A stretch of DNA of 64,000 nt from Gammaproteobacteria bacterium (GCA_050291745.1 JBNKKI010000120.1:4397-68396); one strand, 5' to 3'. Positions 47,054 to 58,196 are shown, counted from the first letter of the stretch. Notes: generated by a model not told the origin, from the letters alone. Program-made: numbers and translations.

Positions 47054-47981
47054 AGGCCTCGTAAGCCTTAACAATATTCTGAACCAGAGGATGACGAATA
47101 ACATCCTCGGCAGAAAAATAATTAAATCCGATACCTTCAACACCATTGAGAATATTCAAAACCTGCTTTAAACCTGAAGCCTGATGTCCAGGTAAATCAG
47201 TTTGTGTGATATCGCCTGTAATGACAGCTCTAGTGCCGAAACCTACCCGGGTTAAAAACATTTTCATTTGCTGTGGCGTTGTATTCTGAGCTTCATCAAG
47301 AATAACAAAAGCATGATTCAGAGTACGCCCTCGCATATAGGCAAGCGGTGCAACCTCAATAACATGCCTGGAAATTAATTTTTCCACCTTATCAAAGCCC
47401 ATCATTTCATATAATGCGTCATACACCGGACGTAGATACGGATCTACCTTTTGCGCAAGATCCCCTGGTAAAAAGCCAAGTTTTTCACCCGCTTCTACGG
47501 CTGGTCGTGTTAATACCAACCTTGAAACCTGCTCCTGCTCCAGCGCCTCAACAGCTTTTGCAACTGCCAGATAAGTCTTACCAGTGCCCGCAGGGCCAAC
47601 ACCGAAATTAATATCATATCTCTGTATCGACTCAAGGTATTCATTCTGATGCAGAGATTTGGGTTTTATCAGGGTTTTCCTGAGTTTTATCAACTGATTG
47701 AGATCAGTCGGGTTGTGTCCGTTTTTAAACATCATTAAAACTTCTGAAACCTTTCTATCATTCAGAGCATCGTCTTTTACAAGCTGAATAAAACGATTTA
47801 AACAGGCACTAGCCGTTTCAACATTTCCAGTTTCACCCTGTACCGATATTTCTGAATCATGCTGCTTACACTGTACATTGAACCAGGTTTCAAGATCCTT
47901 AATATTTTTATGGAACTCCCCAAAAAGAGAAGCCCGCTGAACTGTATTTAGCTCAGCAAAATCTATACTAAACTCACTCAT
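47034..47981 (-). CDS. ybeZ: PhoH-like ATPase (YbeZ)
   Basis: 315 aa with Walker A GPAGTGKTYLAVAKAV, in the conserved position. Confidence 0.85.
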   Translation of the reverse strand: MSEFSIDFAELNTVQRASLFGEFHKNIKDLETWFNVQCKQHDSEISVQGETGNVETASACLNRFIQLVKDDALNDRKVSEVLMMFKNGHNPTDLNQLIKLRKTLIKPKSLHQNEYLESIQRYDINFGVGPAGTGKTYLAVAKAVEALEQEQVSRLVLTRPAVEAGEKLGFLPGDLAQKVDPYLRPVYDALYEMMGFDKVEKLISRHVIEVAPLAYMRGRTLNHAFVILDEAQNTTPQQMKMFLTRVGFGTRAVITGDITQTDLPGHQASGLKQVLNILNGVEGIGFNYFSAEDVIRHPLVQNIVKAYEAYEDKLS

Positions 47982-49545
47982 TTACCGCGTTATCTTGCTT
48001 AATTTTAACAGGAGATTTACGAAAAAGGGCAATTACAACTGCAACCATTAAGGCGACAAAAGATGTCAAAACGGTAATCAGTAATATTGTCTTCAAGCGG
48101 GATTTCAAGTTGGTTTCTACCAGTACATCATGACTGGTAACCTGATACAAACTAGCGTTATTACCCAAAACCTGTTGATTATGCACTGCCAGTAAACCCT
48201 GATATTCTTCAACAAGTACTTCAAAGTTTTGTCTTGCTAAAGCTATATCTTTAATAACATCAGATCTAATTTGTTTAGAAATATTCTCCGCACTACTTAG
48301 CAATCTTTTTTCAGCCCGCTGGAACTTAATAATATTACCTTCGATATCTTCAATACCCTGTAATACGACCAGTCGCTGATTGAGTAGGTCCTGCTTAAAT
48401 GCTTTATCATTTTTTTCTTCGATTAATGCTGTAAATTTATCCAGGAAGGTACTGTCATACTGGGCAAAACCTCCCATAGCCCCTTCCTGCTTATTAACCT
48501 GCTTACCTGAGCTATTATTAGCATATTGATCAATTATCATTTCAAAATTCTGGGCTTTCTTCACTAATACTTCTTTCTTATCCTGAAAGTTTTGAATCGT
48601 GTTTTTTAAGTAAATAATTGCTTTATCAGCATCCCGGGTTATCCCCAGGTTGGTGACAGTTGAAAATAATGGTTCAATTTCAAAATCAACCAGATTTTTC
48701 AATTGCACCTGTAGATCATAACCACTTTTCCCCGATACCGGACTGCGTACCAGTCCTCCAATTGAATCTTCCACCAGAACGTCTAATGCTCCTTCCAGAT
48801 ATTTTGAACTATCCTGAAGGTATTCAAGTGTTTGTAAATACTCAAATCTATCGATTAAGTTAGCCTGATAAAAATCAGCACCAGCTACCTTAAGGTCCAG
48901 AACACCCAGTTCCTCAATCGCAATCCTTGACCAGACAAGGGGGATATCCATCAATATTTTCTGAATAGTAATTTCATCTAACCCCAAATGTTTTGTATCA
49001 AGTAAGGAAAGCCTGGCATATCGGGATTGAGCGGCACCCAGTTCATCCAGGTAGGACTTTTCCAGAGACTCTATCTCCGGGCGGCTAAGTTGTTTATTGG
49101 CTAAAAGACTTTGATACTTTTCCTTGATAAATGCGGCATTCTCCGAAAAGGGGTTAACTGATATAGAGTCACTAAACTGGTCGAACTTTATGTCTTTATT
49201 GATTAAATCATTTTTATCATAAACCTTCGCCAGGACCTTCGATGAAACAATATCATTGTAAGAAAAAATTTGCCCGGCAGGATAAAGACCCTTTTCAGCT
49301 TCTGGAAAATTGAATCTCAATATTTCTGAATAGCGTTTTTCAGGTGGGTTTTTCAATAAACTAAAAGATAAAATACCAAGCGTAATGACAGCGGCAGCAA
49401 AAACAAAAGCAACAATGAATAATCTGCGGCTCCAGATTTTATTAAATAGCTCGCTAATATCAATTTCATCATCCATTTCAACATATTGTTGATAAGAGAC
49501 TTGTGGAGGTAGTGCCGTTTCTTTATTCATATTGTTCATTATCAA
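47974..49545 (-). CDS. Wzz-like polysaccharide co-polymerase (chain-length determinant, PCP family)
   Basis: 523 aa with an N-terminal TM (LFIVAFVFAAAVITLGILSF), a large coiled-coil periplasmic region and a C-terminal TM (LLITVLTSFVALMVAVVIALF), which is the PCP-1 topology. It is inserted between phoH and miaB. Confidence 0.55.
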   Translation of the reverse strand: MIMNNMNKETALPPQVSYQQYVEMDDEIDISELFNKIWSRRLFIVAFVFAAAVITLGILSFSLLKNPPEKRYSEILRFNFPEAEKGLYPAGQIFSYNDIVSSKVLAKVYDKNDLINKDIKFDQFSDSISVNPFSENAAFIKEKYQSLLANKQLSRPEIESLEKSYLDELGAAQSRYARLSLLDTKHLGLDEITIQKILMDIPLVWSRIAIEELGVLDLKVAGADFYQANLIDRFEYLQTLEYLQDSSKYLEGALDVLVEDSIGGLVRSPVSGKSGYDLQVQLKNLVDFEIEPLFSTVTNLGITRDADKAIIYLKNTIQNFQDKKEVLVKKAQNFEMIIDQYANNSSGKQVNKQEGAMGGFAQYDSTFLDKFTALIEEKNDKAFKQDLLNQRLVVLQGIEDIEGNIIKFQRAEKRLLSSAENISKQIRSDVIKDIALARQNFEVLVEEYQGLLAVHNQQVLGNNASLYQVTSHDVLVETNLKSRLKTILLITVLTSFVALMVAVVIALFRKSPVKIKQDNAVNE

Positions 49546-49690
49546 CTTTTGTCAAAATATAATATTTCATAGGTTCTTGATTAATGCAGTTAGACATTAT
49601 ATATCAAGAATTACATGATAAGTTTTTAACATTCCCTGATTTTTTCATTTCCAGTGAAATTTAAAGGCTATTTTTAGAAATATATCCAAT

Positions 49691-51019
49691 TTAACTATCA
49701 AGCAGTTGACCTCTGAGTGAATTATTGAGCGCTTCAGTAATCTCAACCTCTACAAACTGACCAATTAATTCATCAGATCCTTCAAAATTCACCACACGGT
49801 TATTTTCAGTTCTTCCAGAAAGTATTTTCTCATCTTTTCTTGAGTGGCCTTCAACCAGAATATTTTGAACTGTCCCAACCATATGATGAGATATTTCGCT
49901 GGCAAACTGTAAGATTCTATTCTGTAAAATAGAAAGCCTTTCTTTCTTAACAGAACTGCTAACATCATCAGGCATAACAGCTGCAGGTGTACCGGGGCGC
50001 TGACTGTATATAAAGCTAAATGAAGTATCAAAACCGATATCTTCAATCAATTTCATCGTTGCACTGAAATCCGCATCTGTTTCACCAGGAAAGCCGATAA
50101 TGAAATCAGATGAAATACTGATATCGGGACGGATTTTCTGTAATTGCCTGATTTTATGCTTGTATTCCAGAACCGTATGTCCACGTTTCATTTGCATCAG
50201 AATTCGATCTGACCCACTTTGAACAGGTAAATGAATATGACTTACCAGCTCAGGAACCTCGGCATAAGTTTGTATCAACCGGTCAGAAAACTCCACAGGA
50301 TGAGATGTCGTAAAACGTATTCGGTTGATTCCTTCAATTGCAGCTACATAATGAATTAATAGAGATAAATCAGCTATTTCGCCATCATCCATTAAACCAC
50401 GATAGGCATTCACATTTTGTCCTAGCAGGTTCACTTCACGAACTCCCTGTTTAGCCAGAGAAGAAACTTCAGCAATAACATCATCCAGCGGACGGCTGAT
50501 CTCTTCTCCTCGTGTATAGGGTACAACACAAAAACTACAATATTTGCTGCAGCCTTCCATGATTGAAACAAAGGCTTTAACACCATCTGACTTTGGTTCA
50601 GGCAGGTGATCAAACTTTTCAATTTCCGGGAAACTGACATCAACAACAGGTTGATGAGCATTCCGTACCTCTGCCAACATTTGTGGTAATCGGTGTAAAG
50701 TTTGCGGCCCAAAGACGATATCTACATAAGGAGCTCTGCGACGTATCAATTCACCTTCCTGACTCGCCACACAACCTCCGACACCAATAACAAGAAGCGG
50801 ATTTTTTTCTTTCAGCTTACGCCAGCGACCCAACTGAGAAAAAACCTTTTCCTGCGCCTTTTCCCTGATTGAGCAGGTATTTAGCAATAAAACCTGTGCA
50901 TTTTTTTCATCTGGAGTTGGAGTTAACTGACATTGCTCATTGAGTACATCCAGCATTTTAGCTGAATCATACTCATTCATCTGGCAACCGTGAGTTTTTA
51001 TAAAGACATGATCTGTCAT
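49691..51019 (-). CDS. miaB: tRNA-i6A37 methylthiotransferase MiaB
   Basis: The internal start [19 protein letters not shown] matches the MiaB N-terminus. The radical-SAM motif CSKYCSFC and the C-terminal TRAM domain are present. Confidence 0.9.
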   Translation of the reverse strand: MTDHVFIKTHGCQMNEYDSAKMLDVLNEQCQLTPTPDEKNAQVLLLNTCSIREKAQEKVFSQLGRWRKLKEKNPLLVIGVGGCVASQEGELIRRRAPYVDIVFGPQTLHRLPQMLAEVRNAHQPVVDVSFPEIEKFDHLPEPKSDGVKAFVSIMEGCSKYCSFCVVPYTRGEEISRPLDDVIAEVSSLAKQGVREVNLLGQNVNAYRGLMDDGEIADLSLLIHYVAAIEGINRIRFTTSHPVEFSDRLIQTYAEVPELVSHIHLPVQSGSDRILMQMKRGHTVLEYKHKIRQLQKIRPDISISSDFIIGFPGETDADFSATMKLIEDIGFDTSFSFIYSQRPGTPAAVMPDDVSSSVKKERLSILQNRILQFASEISHHMVGTVQNILVEGHSRKDEKILSGRTENNRVVNFEGSDELIGQFVEVEITEALNNSLRGQLLDS

Positions 51020-51119
51020 AATACGATCAAATATTGAAAAATGCAGCAACATACACCCGAACCAATATTTTTTCCAATATTTTCGAACATATATATATCT
51101 AATTTTTTAAATATTGACA

Positions 51120-51731
51120 TTATTGAAAAGACTGGATAAAAGAGACAACTTTTTTACTGTCTATACTCCTTAAGTCCATAAGAATATCCGTCATTACCCA
51201 GCGAGTGTACCTGAAAGTAAATATAAAATGATGTTGCTTCCCATCAAGACTTTCTCCTTTTACATAAATCGAATTCAAAGAGATAAATTCAAAACCATCA
51301 AAATCGATAAAAGAAGGTGACTGCAAATTGGAAATATATTTTTTGGCACTTACCGTTATTTCATTTTCTGACTGGCTTTCACCTAACTCAAATAAGCGTG
51401 ATAATCCATTAGATGAAAAAAAAAGATGGACAAAATCTTCTACCACCTTGGTCGCATAAGAAACCTTCGCCACAGTTATTGGGTCTGTTGCATCCAACTG
51501 CCCACTTCGTTGTGAAGCTTTCAATATAAGTTCTGTTTTAAGTTGCGCAATAAGACCCTGCTGAATGGAGGAATAATCAATATAATAATCCAGTTTTTCA
51601 ACATTTTTCTGCTGAAGAGCTTGCTCAATGGCTGTTACAGATATTTTTGGTGAATATAAAATATAAGTTACATAAACGCATAATAGATAGGCAATTAAGC
51701 CCAGCACAATAATTTTTCTATCCTTAAACAT
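51120..51731 (-). CDS. Hypothetical membrane-anchored protein (203 aa)
   Basis: It has a single N-terminal TM (IIVLGLIAYLLCVYVTYIL). It is AT-rich and sits between miaB and the CapD-like gene. Confidence 0.4.
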   Translation of the reverse strand: MFKDRKIIVLGLIAYLLCVYVTYILYSPKISVTAIEQALQQKNVEKLDYYIDYSSIQQGLIAQLKTELILKASQRSGQLDATDPITVAKVSYATKVVEDFVHLFFSSNGLSRLFELGESQSENEITVSAKKYISNLQSPSFIDFDGFEFISLNSIYVKGESLDGKQHHFIFTFRYTRWVMTDILMDLRSIDSKKVVSFIQSFQ

Positions 51732-51853
51732 AAACTTTATTTCATTCAGAAAAACAATAAACTGGAATACAGATGAGAGTAAGTATCACAATATAATAGC
51801 CTTTTTATGTGATTCTCCAAGTGGACAAACTGTTCGATCAAAATTTTTTTCAA

Positions 51854-53806
51854 TTATAATTGAACAACATTCGATAAACTTTTTTTTGTACCAGTAACTG
51901 CTAGAGTTAACTCATCCACCACATCGCATTGTGGCTTATAACCAGATACTGCCTTCTGTAATATTGCTCTAACCTCTTCAAAATCATTCAAGTCAGTCGC
52001 CTTCTGCAATTGATTAATCATCAATTCAAGTTCACTCCAGATAATAACTTCTTCTTCTGCACTCATTATTTTCTCATGACTGGTTGGCAACACATTATCA
52101 CCAATCAAGAGTTCTTCATACAGTTTCTCACCCGGTCTCAATCCGGTATAAACTATTTCAATATCACCATTTGGATGATCTTCATCACATACCTCAAAGC
52201 CACTTAAACGAATCATGCGCCTGGCCAGATCAACAATATAAACAGGTTCTCCCATATCAAGAACAAATACATCACCACCCCGCCCCATTGCACCGGCCTG
52301 AATAACTAATTCAGCCGCTTCAGGAATAGTCATAAAATAACGAATAATTTTACTATCGGTTACGGTTACAGGTCCGCCATTTGATATCTGTTCACGAAAA
52401 AGCGGCACAACAGAGCCTGATGACCCTAAAACATTACCAAATCGAACCATCGTAAAGCGAGTTTGTCTCGACAAGTTCTTATCAAGACTTAAAGCTTGTA
52501 ATATTAACTCTGCAAAGCGTTTAGTCGCCCCCATAGTATTAGTTGGACGAACCGCTTTATCGGTAGAAATCAGTACAAAGGTTTCAACCTTCGCTTCAAT
52601 AGCAGCCTGAGCTGAACGTAAAGTTCCGAATATATTATTATAAATTGCTTCACCTGGATTTCGTTCAACCATAGGAACATGCTTATAAGCCGCAGCATGG
52701 TATATGGTTTGAACATCAAAAGCTTTACAGATTTCGGTCATACGAGATAAATTGGTCACGGATCCCAGTATTGGAATCAACTTAATATCTGAAACAATTT
52801 TGCTTAATTCTTTTTCTATGGCATAAAGCTGAAATTCACTTTGCTCAAAAAGAACCAGCTTCTCTGGTTGATGAATAATAATCTGACGACATAACTCAGA
52901 ACCAATAGAGCCACCAGCACCTGTTACCAGCACTGATTTATTTTTAATATTCGAATTCAATAATTCAATATTCGGTTCAACTGAGTCACGTCCCAATAAA
53001 TCACCTATATCGATTTCACGGATATCCTCAACTTTAATCTTTCCCTGAGCCATCTCTGAAACACCCGGAATAGTTCTCACATGTACCGAATAAGGTTCCA
53101 GTAACGAAATAATTTCTTTCCGGCGACTTTTTGATATTGAAGGTAAGGCCAGTAAAACTTCCTGAACATGAAAAACTTCAATGAGATAACTCAAATGAGA
53201 AAAGGCATGGATTTTAAGGCCATTGACATGGAGGTTTTGCAGAGATGGATTATCATCTATGAAGGCAATGGGTTGCTGCTCGGAACTCATCATCAAAGCT
53301 GAAGCAAGCTGCATACCAGCAGAACCAGCCCCATAAATAACGACTTTTTTATGCTCCCCACTTCCCATACGAAACGTCGATACAGCCCGACCACTAAATA
53401 GCCATCGCGCAGCCATTCGACTACCACCAATAAAAAGCATGGCTATAAGAGCATTTAAAATATATATTGATCTTGGGATGCCATCTACTTTAGCGAGCAA
53501 CACCAATAAAGACCAGATTATGGCGTAAAGAATTACCGACTTAACAACAGCCCATAGCGCTTTAAACCCAATATATCGCATAATGGCTCGATAAAGCCCT
53601 AACCGAATAAAAACAGGTATGGCGATTAATGGAGCAGCTAAAAATATCCAAAACTGTTGAGCTGTTGGTTGATACAAATGATCATGACGGATGGAAAATG
53701 TCAGCCATAAAACAACAGGCACCATGAAAAAATCCAGTCCCAGAATAAACAGTCGTTTAAAGGAACGATCCAGGCCAAGAAACCAGTTGATAAGTTTATT
53801 TGTCAT
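51854..53806 (-). CDS. Membrane-bound polysaccharide biosynthesis protein, CapD/WbpM/PglF family (UDP-sugar 4,6-dehydratase)
   Basis: 650 aa with N-terminal TM helices and two Rossmann motifs (VVIYGAGSAG and VLVTGAGGSIGSELCRQI). Confidence 0.8.
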   Translation of the reverse strand: MTNKLINWFLGLDRSFKRLFILGLDFFMVPVVLWLTFSIRHDHLYQPTAQQFWIFLAAPLIAIPVFIRLGLYRAIMRYIGFKALWAVVKSVILYAIIWSLLVLLAKVDGIPRSIYILNALIAMLFIGGSRMAARWLFSGRAVSTFRMGSGEHKKVVIYGAGSAGMQLASALMMSSEQQPIAFIDDNPSLQNLHVNGLKIHAFSHLSYLIEVFHVQEVLLALPSISKSRRKEIISLLEPYSVHVRTIPGVSEMAQGKIKVEDIREIDIGDLLGRDSVEPNIELLNSNIKNKSVLVTGAGGSIGSELCRQIIIHQPEKLVLFEQSEFQLYAIEKELSKIVSDIKLIPILGSVTNLSRMTEICKAFDVQTIYHAAAYKHVPMVERNPGEAIYNNIFGTLRSAQAAIEAKVETFVLISTDKAVRPTNTMGATKRFAELILQALSLDKNLSRQTRFTMVRFGNVLGSSGSVVPLFREQISNGGPVTVTDSKIIRYFMTIPEAAELVIQAGAMGRGGDVFVLDMGEPVYIVDLARRMIRLSGFEVCDEDHPNGDIEIVYTGLRPGEKLYEELLIGDNVLPTSHEKIMSAEEEVIIWSELELMINQLQKATDLNDFEEVRAILQKAVSGYKPQCDVVDELTLAVTGTKKSLSNVVQL

Positions 53807-54170
53807 TCGATTTTTTAAATGGATAAGAAAACTTTTTAAGTATGTAAGCTATTATAACCAATTTTTACCTGTAAGTTTCACAATTAAGTCACTTTCATCC
53901 CGCTGCACCCACAGGTACTTCAAGTACACTTTAGAAATTATTGCATTAAAAAACAGATATTTAATCCAACATCAGAAATTACCATAGCAATCAAGTTCAC
54001 TTCAACCAGGATCAATCTCTCTTATTCAATCAATCCTGTTAGATAATGACGAATATTAACAGTGGACTTATTGATAGCTGGTATGACAAAAGCACCTTCC
54101 AGATGCATTTATTAGCGATCAAATCAATGATTTAAGAATTCTGATTAAAACTGAAAACAGATGCCCCTCC

Positions 54171-54391
54171 TTGAACCTAGAAAAATCAGTTGAATCATGA
54201 AAGTCTACGTAACACCTTAATGCACCTGATAAAATCAAAAACACACTCTTCACCAATCAGGTGACCACGGTGTTTTTGATATTCCGGCAATTGCTCCTGC
54301 ATTGCTCTAACTACAGCCATCCCTGGCTTAGACCAGGCAGATCAATCTGTTACGCATCTTTTTCACGCTCAACTGATTTTTCTAGGTTGAA
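54171..54391. mobile_element. MITE family 2, full copy (221 bp), with 23-bp terminal inverted repeats TTSAACCTAGAAAAATCAGTTGA
   Basis: The left end is ttgaacctagaaaaatcagttga and the right end is tcaactgatttttctaggttgaa (22 of 23 complementary). The interior contains an 11-bp stem atcaaaaacac...gtgtttttgat. Confidence 0.7.
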
Positions 54392-54606
54392 ACCTCTCGG
54401 ATTTGGGAAATATCTACTCTGGAAAAGGCTGTTTATCTGATTTTTAGTCAATGAAGTCTTTCTCTCAAGAAAAATGAATCTAAGCATAGCAATTCCCAGC
54501 TTTAAGAAAAAATTTACTGGCTAAATAAACAACTATTGATAAACTTCTAAGCCTTTTATCTCATCTAAACAAACCAGAATAAATTAATAATCAGAAATCG
54601 ATAGGT

Positions 54607-55668
54607 ATGAATAGTGGAAAAATAGATTTTGTTCTTACATGGGTTGAGGATAATGATCCTTATTGGATTGAAGACTTCAATAAATATAATAAAAGTGACC
54701 GAGACTCCAGGCCAAAGAGATTTAGAAACTGGGATATCCTGCAGTACTTATTTCGTGCTTTTGAAAAATTCACAGCCTGGGTAAATAAAATTTATTTTGT
54801 GACTTATGGGCATATACCCTCCTGGTTAGACATGACAGATAACAAATTAGTTATAGTTAAACACGAAGACATTATGCCTAAAGAACATCTGCCCACTTTT
54901 AACAGTTGTGCAATAGAAGTAAACTTATACAAAATCAAAGGTTTGAGTGAACAATTCGTTTATTTTAATGATGATACCTTGTTATTAAAATCCATTGACA
55001 AGACTGTATTTTTTAAAAAAAACCTACCTGTTAATGCGGCTATTTCAAATATTACTAATACTGGAGAAAGTGCATATATAGCAGTAAATAACGTTGGTTT
55101 AATTAATAAAAATTTCAATAAAAAGATTAACAAAAAATTAAGGAAGAATAGCATCATATTCAGGAATTTTTTCAAGTGGTTTTATCCTGGATATCATTTT
55201 CACATTATTAAAACACTGACCCTGATGCCATGGAGTGCTTTTACCGGATTTAAAAAATATCACCATCCACAACCATTTTTAAAAAACACATTTATAGAAG
55301 TCTGGCAGAAAGAAAGTAAAAAATTGACTACTGTCTCGAGTTCAAAATTCAGAAGTTATTCAGATGTCAGTCAATATTTATTTAAATACTGGCAGTTTGC
55401 AACTGGAAAATTCTACCCGGATAGTTACGAAAAAGCTTATAAAAAACGTAAATATATAGAATTAAGAACGCAGAATGTTGCAACAAGAACTGCAAAATTA
55501 ATAAATAAAGAAAAATATGAAATGCTCTTCCTCAATGACGAAATATCTGGGGCAAGCTTTAGCTCAGAAGATATCGCTATCAAGGAATTTGATAAGAGTA
55601 AAGATTTTATTAAACAGGTGCTTGAAAAAATACTACCAACAAGATCCTCTTTTGAACGGAATGAATAA
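54607..55668 (+). CDS. Stealth-family (CR1/CR2) capsular polysaccharide hexose-1-phosphoryltransferase-like protein
   Basis: The N-terminus DFVLTWVEDNDPYW matches Stealth CR1 (TWVDGSDPAW). RFRNWDILQYLFRAF fits CR2 (RFR..DEL.YSLRS). The gene is very AT-rich. Confidence 0.6.
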   Translation: MNSGKIDFVLTWVEDNDPYWIEDFNKYNKSDRDSRPKRFRNWDILQYLFRAFEKFTAWVNKIYFVTYGHIPSWLDMTDNKLVIVKHEDIMPKEHLPTFNSCAIEVNLYKIKGLSEQFVYFNDDTLLLKSIDKTVFFKKNLPVNAAISNITNTGESAYIAVNNVGLINKNFNKKINKKLRKNSIIFRNFFKWFYPGYHFHIIKTLTLMPWSAFTGFKKYHHPQPFLKNTFIEVWQKESKKLTTVSSSKFRSYSDVSQYLFKYWQFATGKFYPDSYEKAYKKRKYIELRTQNVATRTAKLINKEKYEMLFLNDEISGASFSSEDIAIKEFDKSKDFIKQVLEKILPTRSSFERNE

Positions 55669-55674
55669 TTTATT

Positions 55675-56925
55675 GTGACATATATACATCATCATATAGA
55701 TCTCCTCAGGAAGAACAGTAAAAAATATAACACTTTACTCTTTTTAATGATGTGTCTGGCTTTTAGCATTCCATTTGGTAATGAATATAGCAGGAAAATA
55801 CTCGTTTTAATTGTTTTATTATGGTTATTTACAGTAAAGCTTAATGACATTAAGTACATTTTTAAACAAAAAGTAATCATTGCGTTTACTTTATATATTC
55901 TGATGCATGTACTATCTTTGTTATGGAGCGAGCATGTAGCCGAAGGAGCAGACTTTATCAGTACATTTATAAGATATACTTACATTCCATTAATACTGCT
56001 TGCAACAGTGCTCAACAAATATAATTTAAAATATATCATAAGTGCTTTTGTCATAGGCATGTTTATAAATGAAATAATTTCTTACTTAATTTATTTTAAC
56101 TTATACCAGACTGAGTATTCCAAAGCACACCATTGGCCTGTTGGATTTCTTAACCATATACCTTATAGCGTATTGGTCGCTTTTACAGCCATACTGATAC
56201 TTTTCCAGGCCAAAAATTTTAAGAATATTTTTATTAAAGGCATTTATATCATTTTTTTCATGACCATGACTGCAAATCTTGTCATATCAGGAGGTAGAAC
56301 GGGATATGCAGCTTATTTTGGGAGCTTGCTGATTCTTCTATTTAGCTATTACAAAATCACAATAAAAAATTTTTTAGAATTACTAATTTTCCCCATCATA
56401 GTATTTTCACTGGTATTCTCATTAGATGACGCTATTCAGACAAGGATGAATGCTTCGTTTGTTGCACTTGAGAAAATTAAAGATTCTGATGACTACAATA
56501 CAAGTTTCGGAACTAGAATTGCAATGTACCCTTTAGCTCATGATATTTTAAAACAACCTGAAAATAGCTTTCTATATGGTGCAGGAACAGGTGACATTTA
56601 TCCTGAAATGAAAGCAAGTAATGCTCGTACCCAAGCTGTTAAAAAAGTACAGCCTCACCTTCATAATTCATATCTAACCGCATATGTTAATATGGGTATA
56701 TCTGGTTTATTTTTATTTTTATTCTTAATTTACTCAGTATGGACCCCCCCCCTGAAAGATAAAGAGATACTCTTCTTAAAACAGGTATTGGTGCTTACCA
56801 TTTTTATATCGGCTTTCGGAGATGACATGCTTAGCATAAAAGAAACAATGATTTCCTTTGGCGTTTTATACGCTGTAGTACTTGCACAAGAAAAAAGTGA
56901 AAAAGTGAATTTAAGCAATCTGTAA
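55675..56925 (+). CDS. O-antigen ligase / Wzy-like polysaccharide polymerase family membrane protein
   Basis: 416 aa with about 10-12 predicted TM segments and a mid-protein periplasmic loop. It is very AT-rich. Confidence 0.5.
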   Translation: MTYIHHHIDLLRKNSKKYNTLLFLMMCLAFSIPFGNEYSRKILVLIVLLWLFTVKLNDIKYIFKQKVIIAFTLYILMHVLSLLWSEHVAEGADFISTFIRYTYIPLILLATVLNKYNLKYIISAFVIGMFINEIISYLIYFNLYQTEYSKAHHWPVGFLNHIPYSVLVAFTAILILFQAKNFKNIFIKGIYIIFFMTMTANLVISGGRTGYAAYFGSLLILLFSYYKITIKNFLELLIFPIIVFSLVFSLDDAIQTRMNASFVALEKIKDSDDYNTSFGTRIAMYPLAHDILKQPENSFLYGAGTGDIYPEMKASNARTQAVKKVQPHLHNSYLTAYVNMGISGLFLFLFLIYSVWTPPLKDKEILFLKQVLVLTIFISAFGDDMLSIKETMISFGVLYAVVLAQEKSEKVNLSNL

Positions 56926-57052
56926 AAAAATTATATACCAGGAATTTAGAACTCATCTGGATGATATTTGCTTAATTAATTTAATATCAATATCTTTCTC
57001 AAAACGGAATATGATTGAGAAAGTTTTAACAATAAATATTGGGGTGATATTG

Positions 57053-57411
57053 ATGCAAGCAATAGAAAACAATACATATGATGTCTATGCTCTTTGGGAA
57101 GGAAAATGGGAGTTAATTGAAGGTTTTCTTTAGCTATGTCGCCATCACCAACAATCATCCATCAAATAGTAGCCAGTAATATCTTATTTGAAACTAGAAA
57201 CTTGGGAGAATGTGAAAACGGTGTTCTGATTAGCAAAGAGGATTGGAAGATCCATGAAAATACTGTGCTTAAACCAGATATCGTATTAATCTGTAATGAA
57301 CCCAATGACAGTTATATCACTAAATCGCCTGAACTGATCGTAGCAGTAGTTCCTCGACCGCTAAGCGGGACGAAAAATTTAAATTTGAAATTTATCATTT
57401 TGATAATTTAA
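57053..57411 (+). pseudogene. Uma2-family (DUF820) endonuclease, disrupted by a frameshift and in-frame stop
   Basis: It reads MQAIENNTYDVYALWEGKWELIEGFL then a stop, and continues in the +1 frame as MSPSPTIIHQIVASNILFE... These pieces align to WEGAWELIDGIAYAMSPAPSIQHQSISNNIAWLL of the intact paralog at 57558..58097. Confidence 0.55.
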
Positions 57412-57557
57412 CTTGCCCTGTGAGTGTTGATTTTGATGTTGTATTTAAAAGATTGAGAAGCAAAAAACATTTAAAAAATTTTAGGAGTCAGCTTCCCCAT
57501 CTCATCGCTTTATCAGGCCGCTTCCCTTTAGAAATTTCCGTTAATGTCAGTTCCAAC

Positions 57558-58097
57558 TCACGACCAGATTTTTGCCAGATCCAGAGTAATTTTACACTCA
57601 TCAAATTCAAAGCCTAAAACTTCGTTACTTGCATCAAGACGCTTGATGAAACGCCCCTCAAACAAATCATAAATTTCAATTATAGTAGTTTCGGGATCAA
57701 CAATAAGGTAAAACTTAACACCCTCTTTTTCATACAGTTTGGATTTTGTGGTTTTATCTTTATGAGCGGTTGCTTTAGATAAAATCTCAACGATTAAAAC
57801 AGGAGCTTTGGTTAAATACTTCCCACTCGTATTTCCACAAACAATCAGGTTATCCGGTTGTACAACAGTATCATCATCTATTCGCCAGTCAACCGGTAAC
57901 AATGCCATACAATTTTCACATCCATCCAGTTGCTGTTTTAATAACCAGGCTATGTTATTACTAATAGATTGATGCTGAATTGATGGCGCAGGGCTCATCG
58001 CATAGGCAATTCCATCTATCAACTCCCAGGCACCCTCCCAGCATTGATAATCATCCCAGGTATAATGCGGTAAATTAGATATATCTGGCTGCCCCAT
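57558..58097 (-). CDS. Uma2-family endonuclease (PD-(D/E)XK, DUF820)
   Basis: 179 aa with the family-typical N-terminus (YTWDDY..WEGAWELIDGIAYAMSPAPSIQHQ) and core (VQPDNLIVCG...PVLIVEILSKAT). Confidence 0.65.
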   Translation of the reverse strand: MGQPDISNLPHYTWDDYQCWEGAWELIDGIAYAMSPAPSIQHQSISNNIAWLLKQQLDGCENCMALLPVDWRIDDDTVVQPDNLIVCGNTSGKYLTKAPVLIVEILSKATAHKDKTTKSKLYEKEGVKFYLIVDPETTIIEIYDLFEGRFIKRLDASNEVLGFEFDECKITLDLAKIWS

Positions 58098-58196
58098 AGT
58101 TTACCTCACAAAAGATTATTTCTTTTAATATAGCTAAAGTTAAAATACCTCTCAATAAAATACTCTTATTTACAGTAAAAATCATCTCATATTACT

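Noticed and set aside
46598-47146. The 182-aa version of ybeY (start at 47146)
   Set aside because: The extension is hydrophobic and non-conserved and overlaps 110 nt of phoH. The YbeY fold starts at the internal Met (47053).
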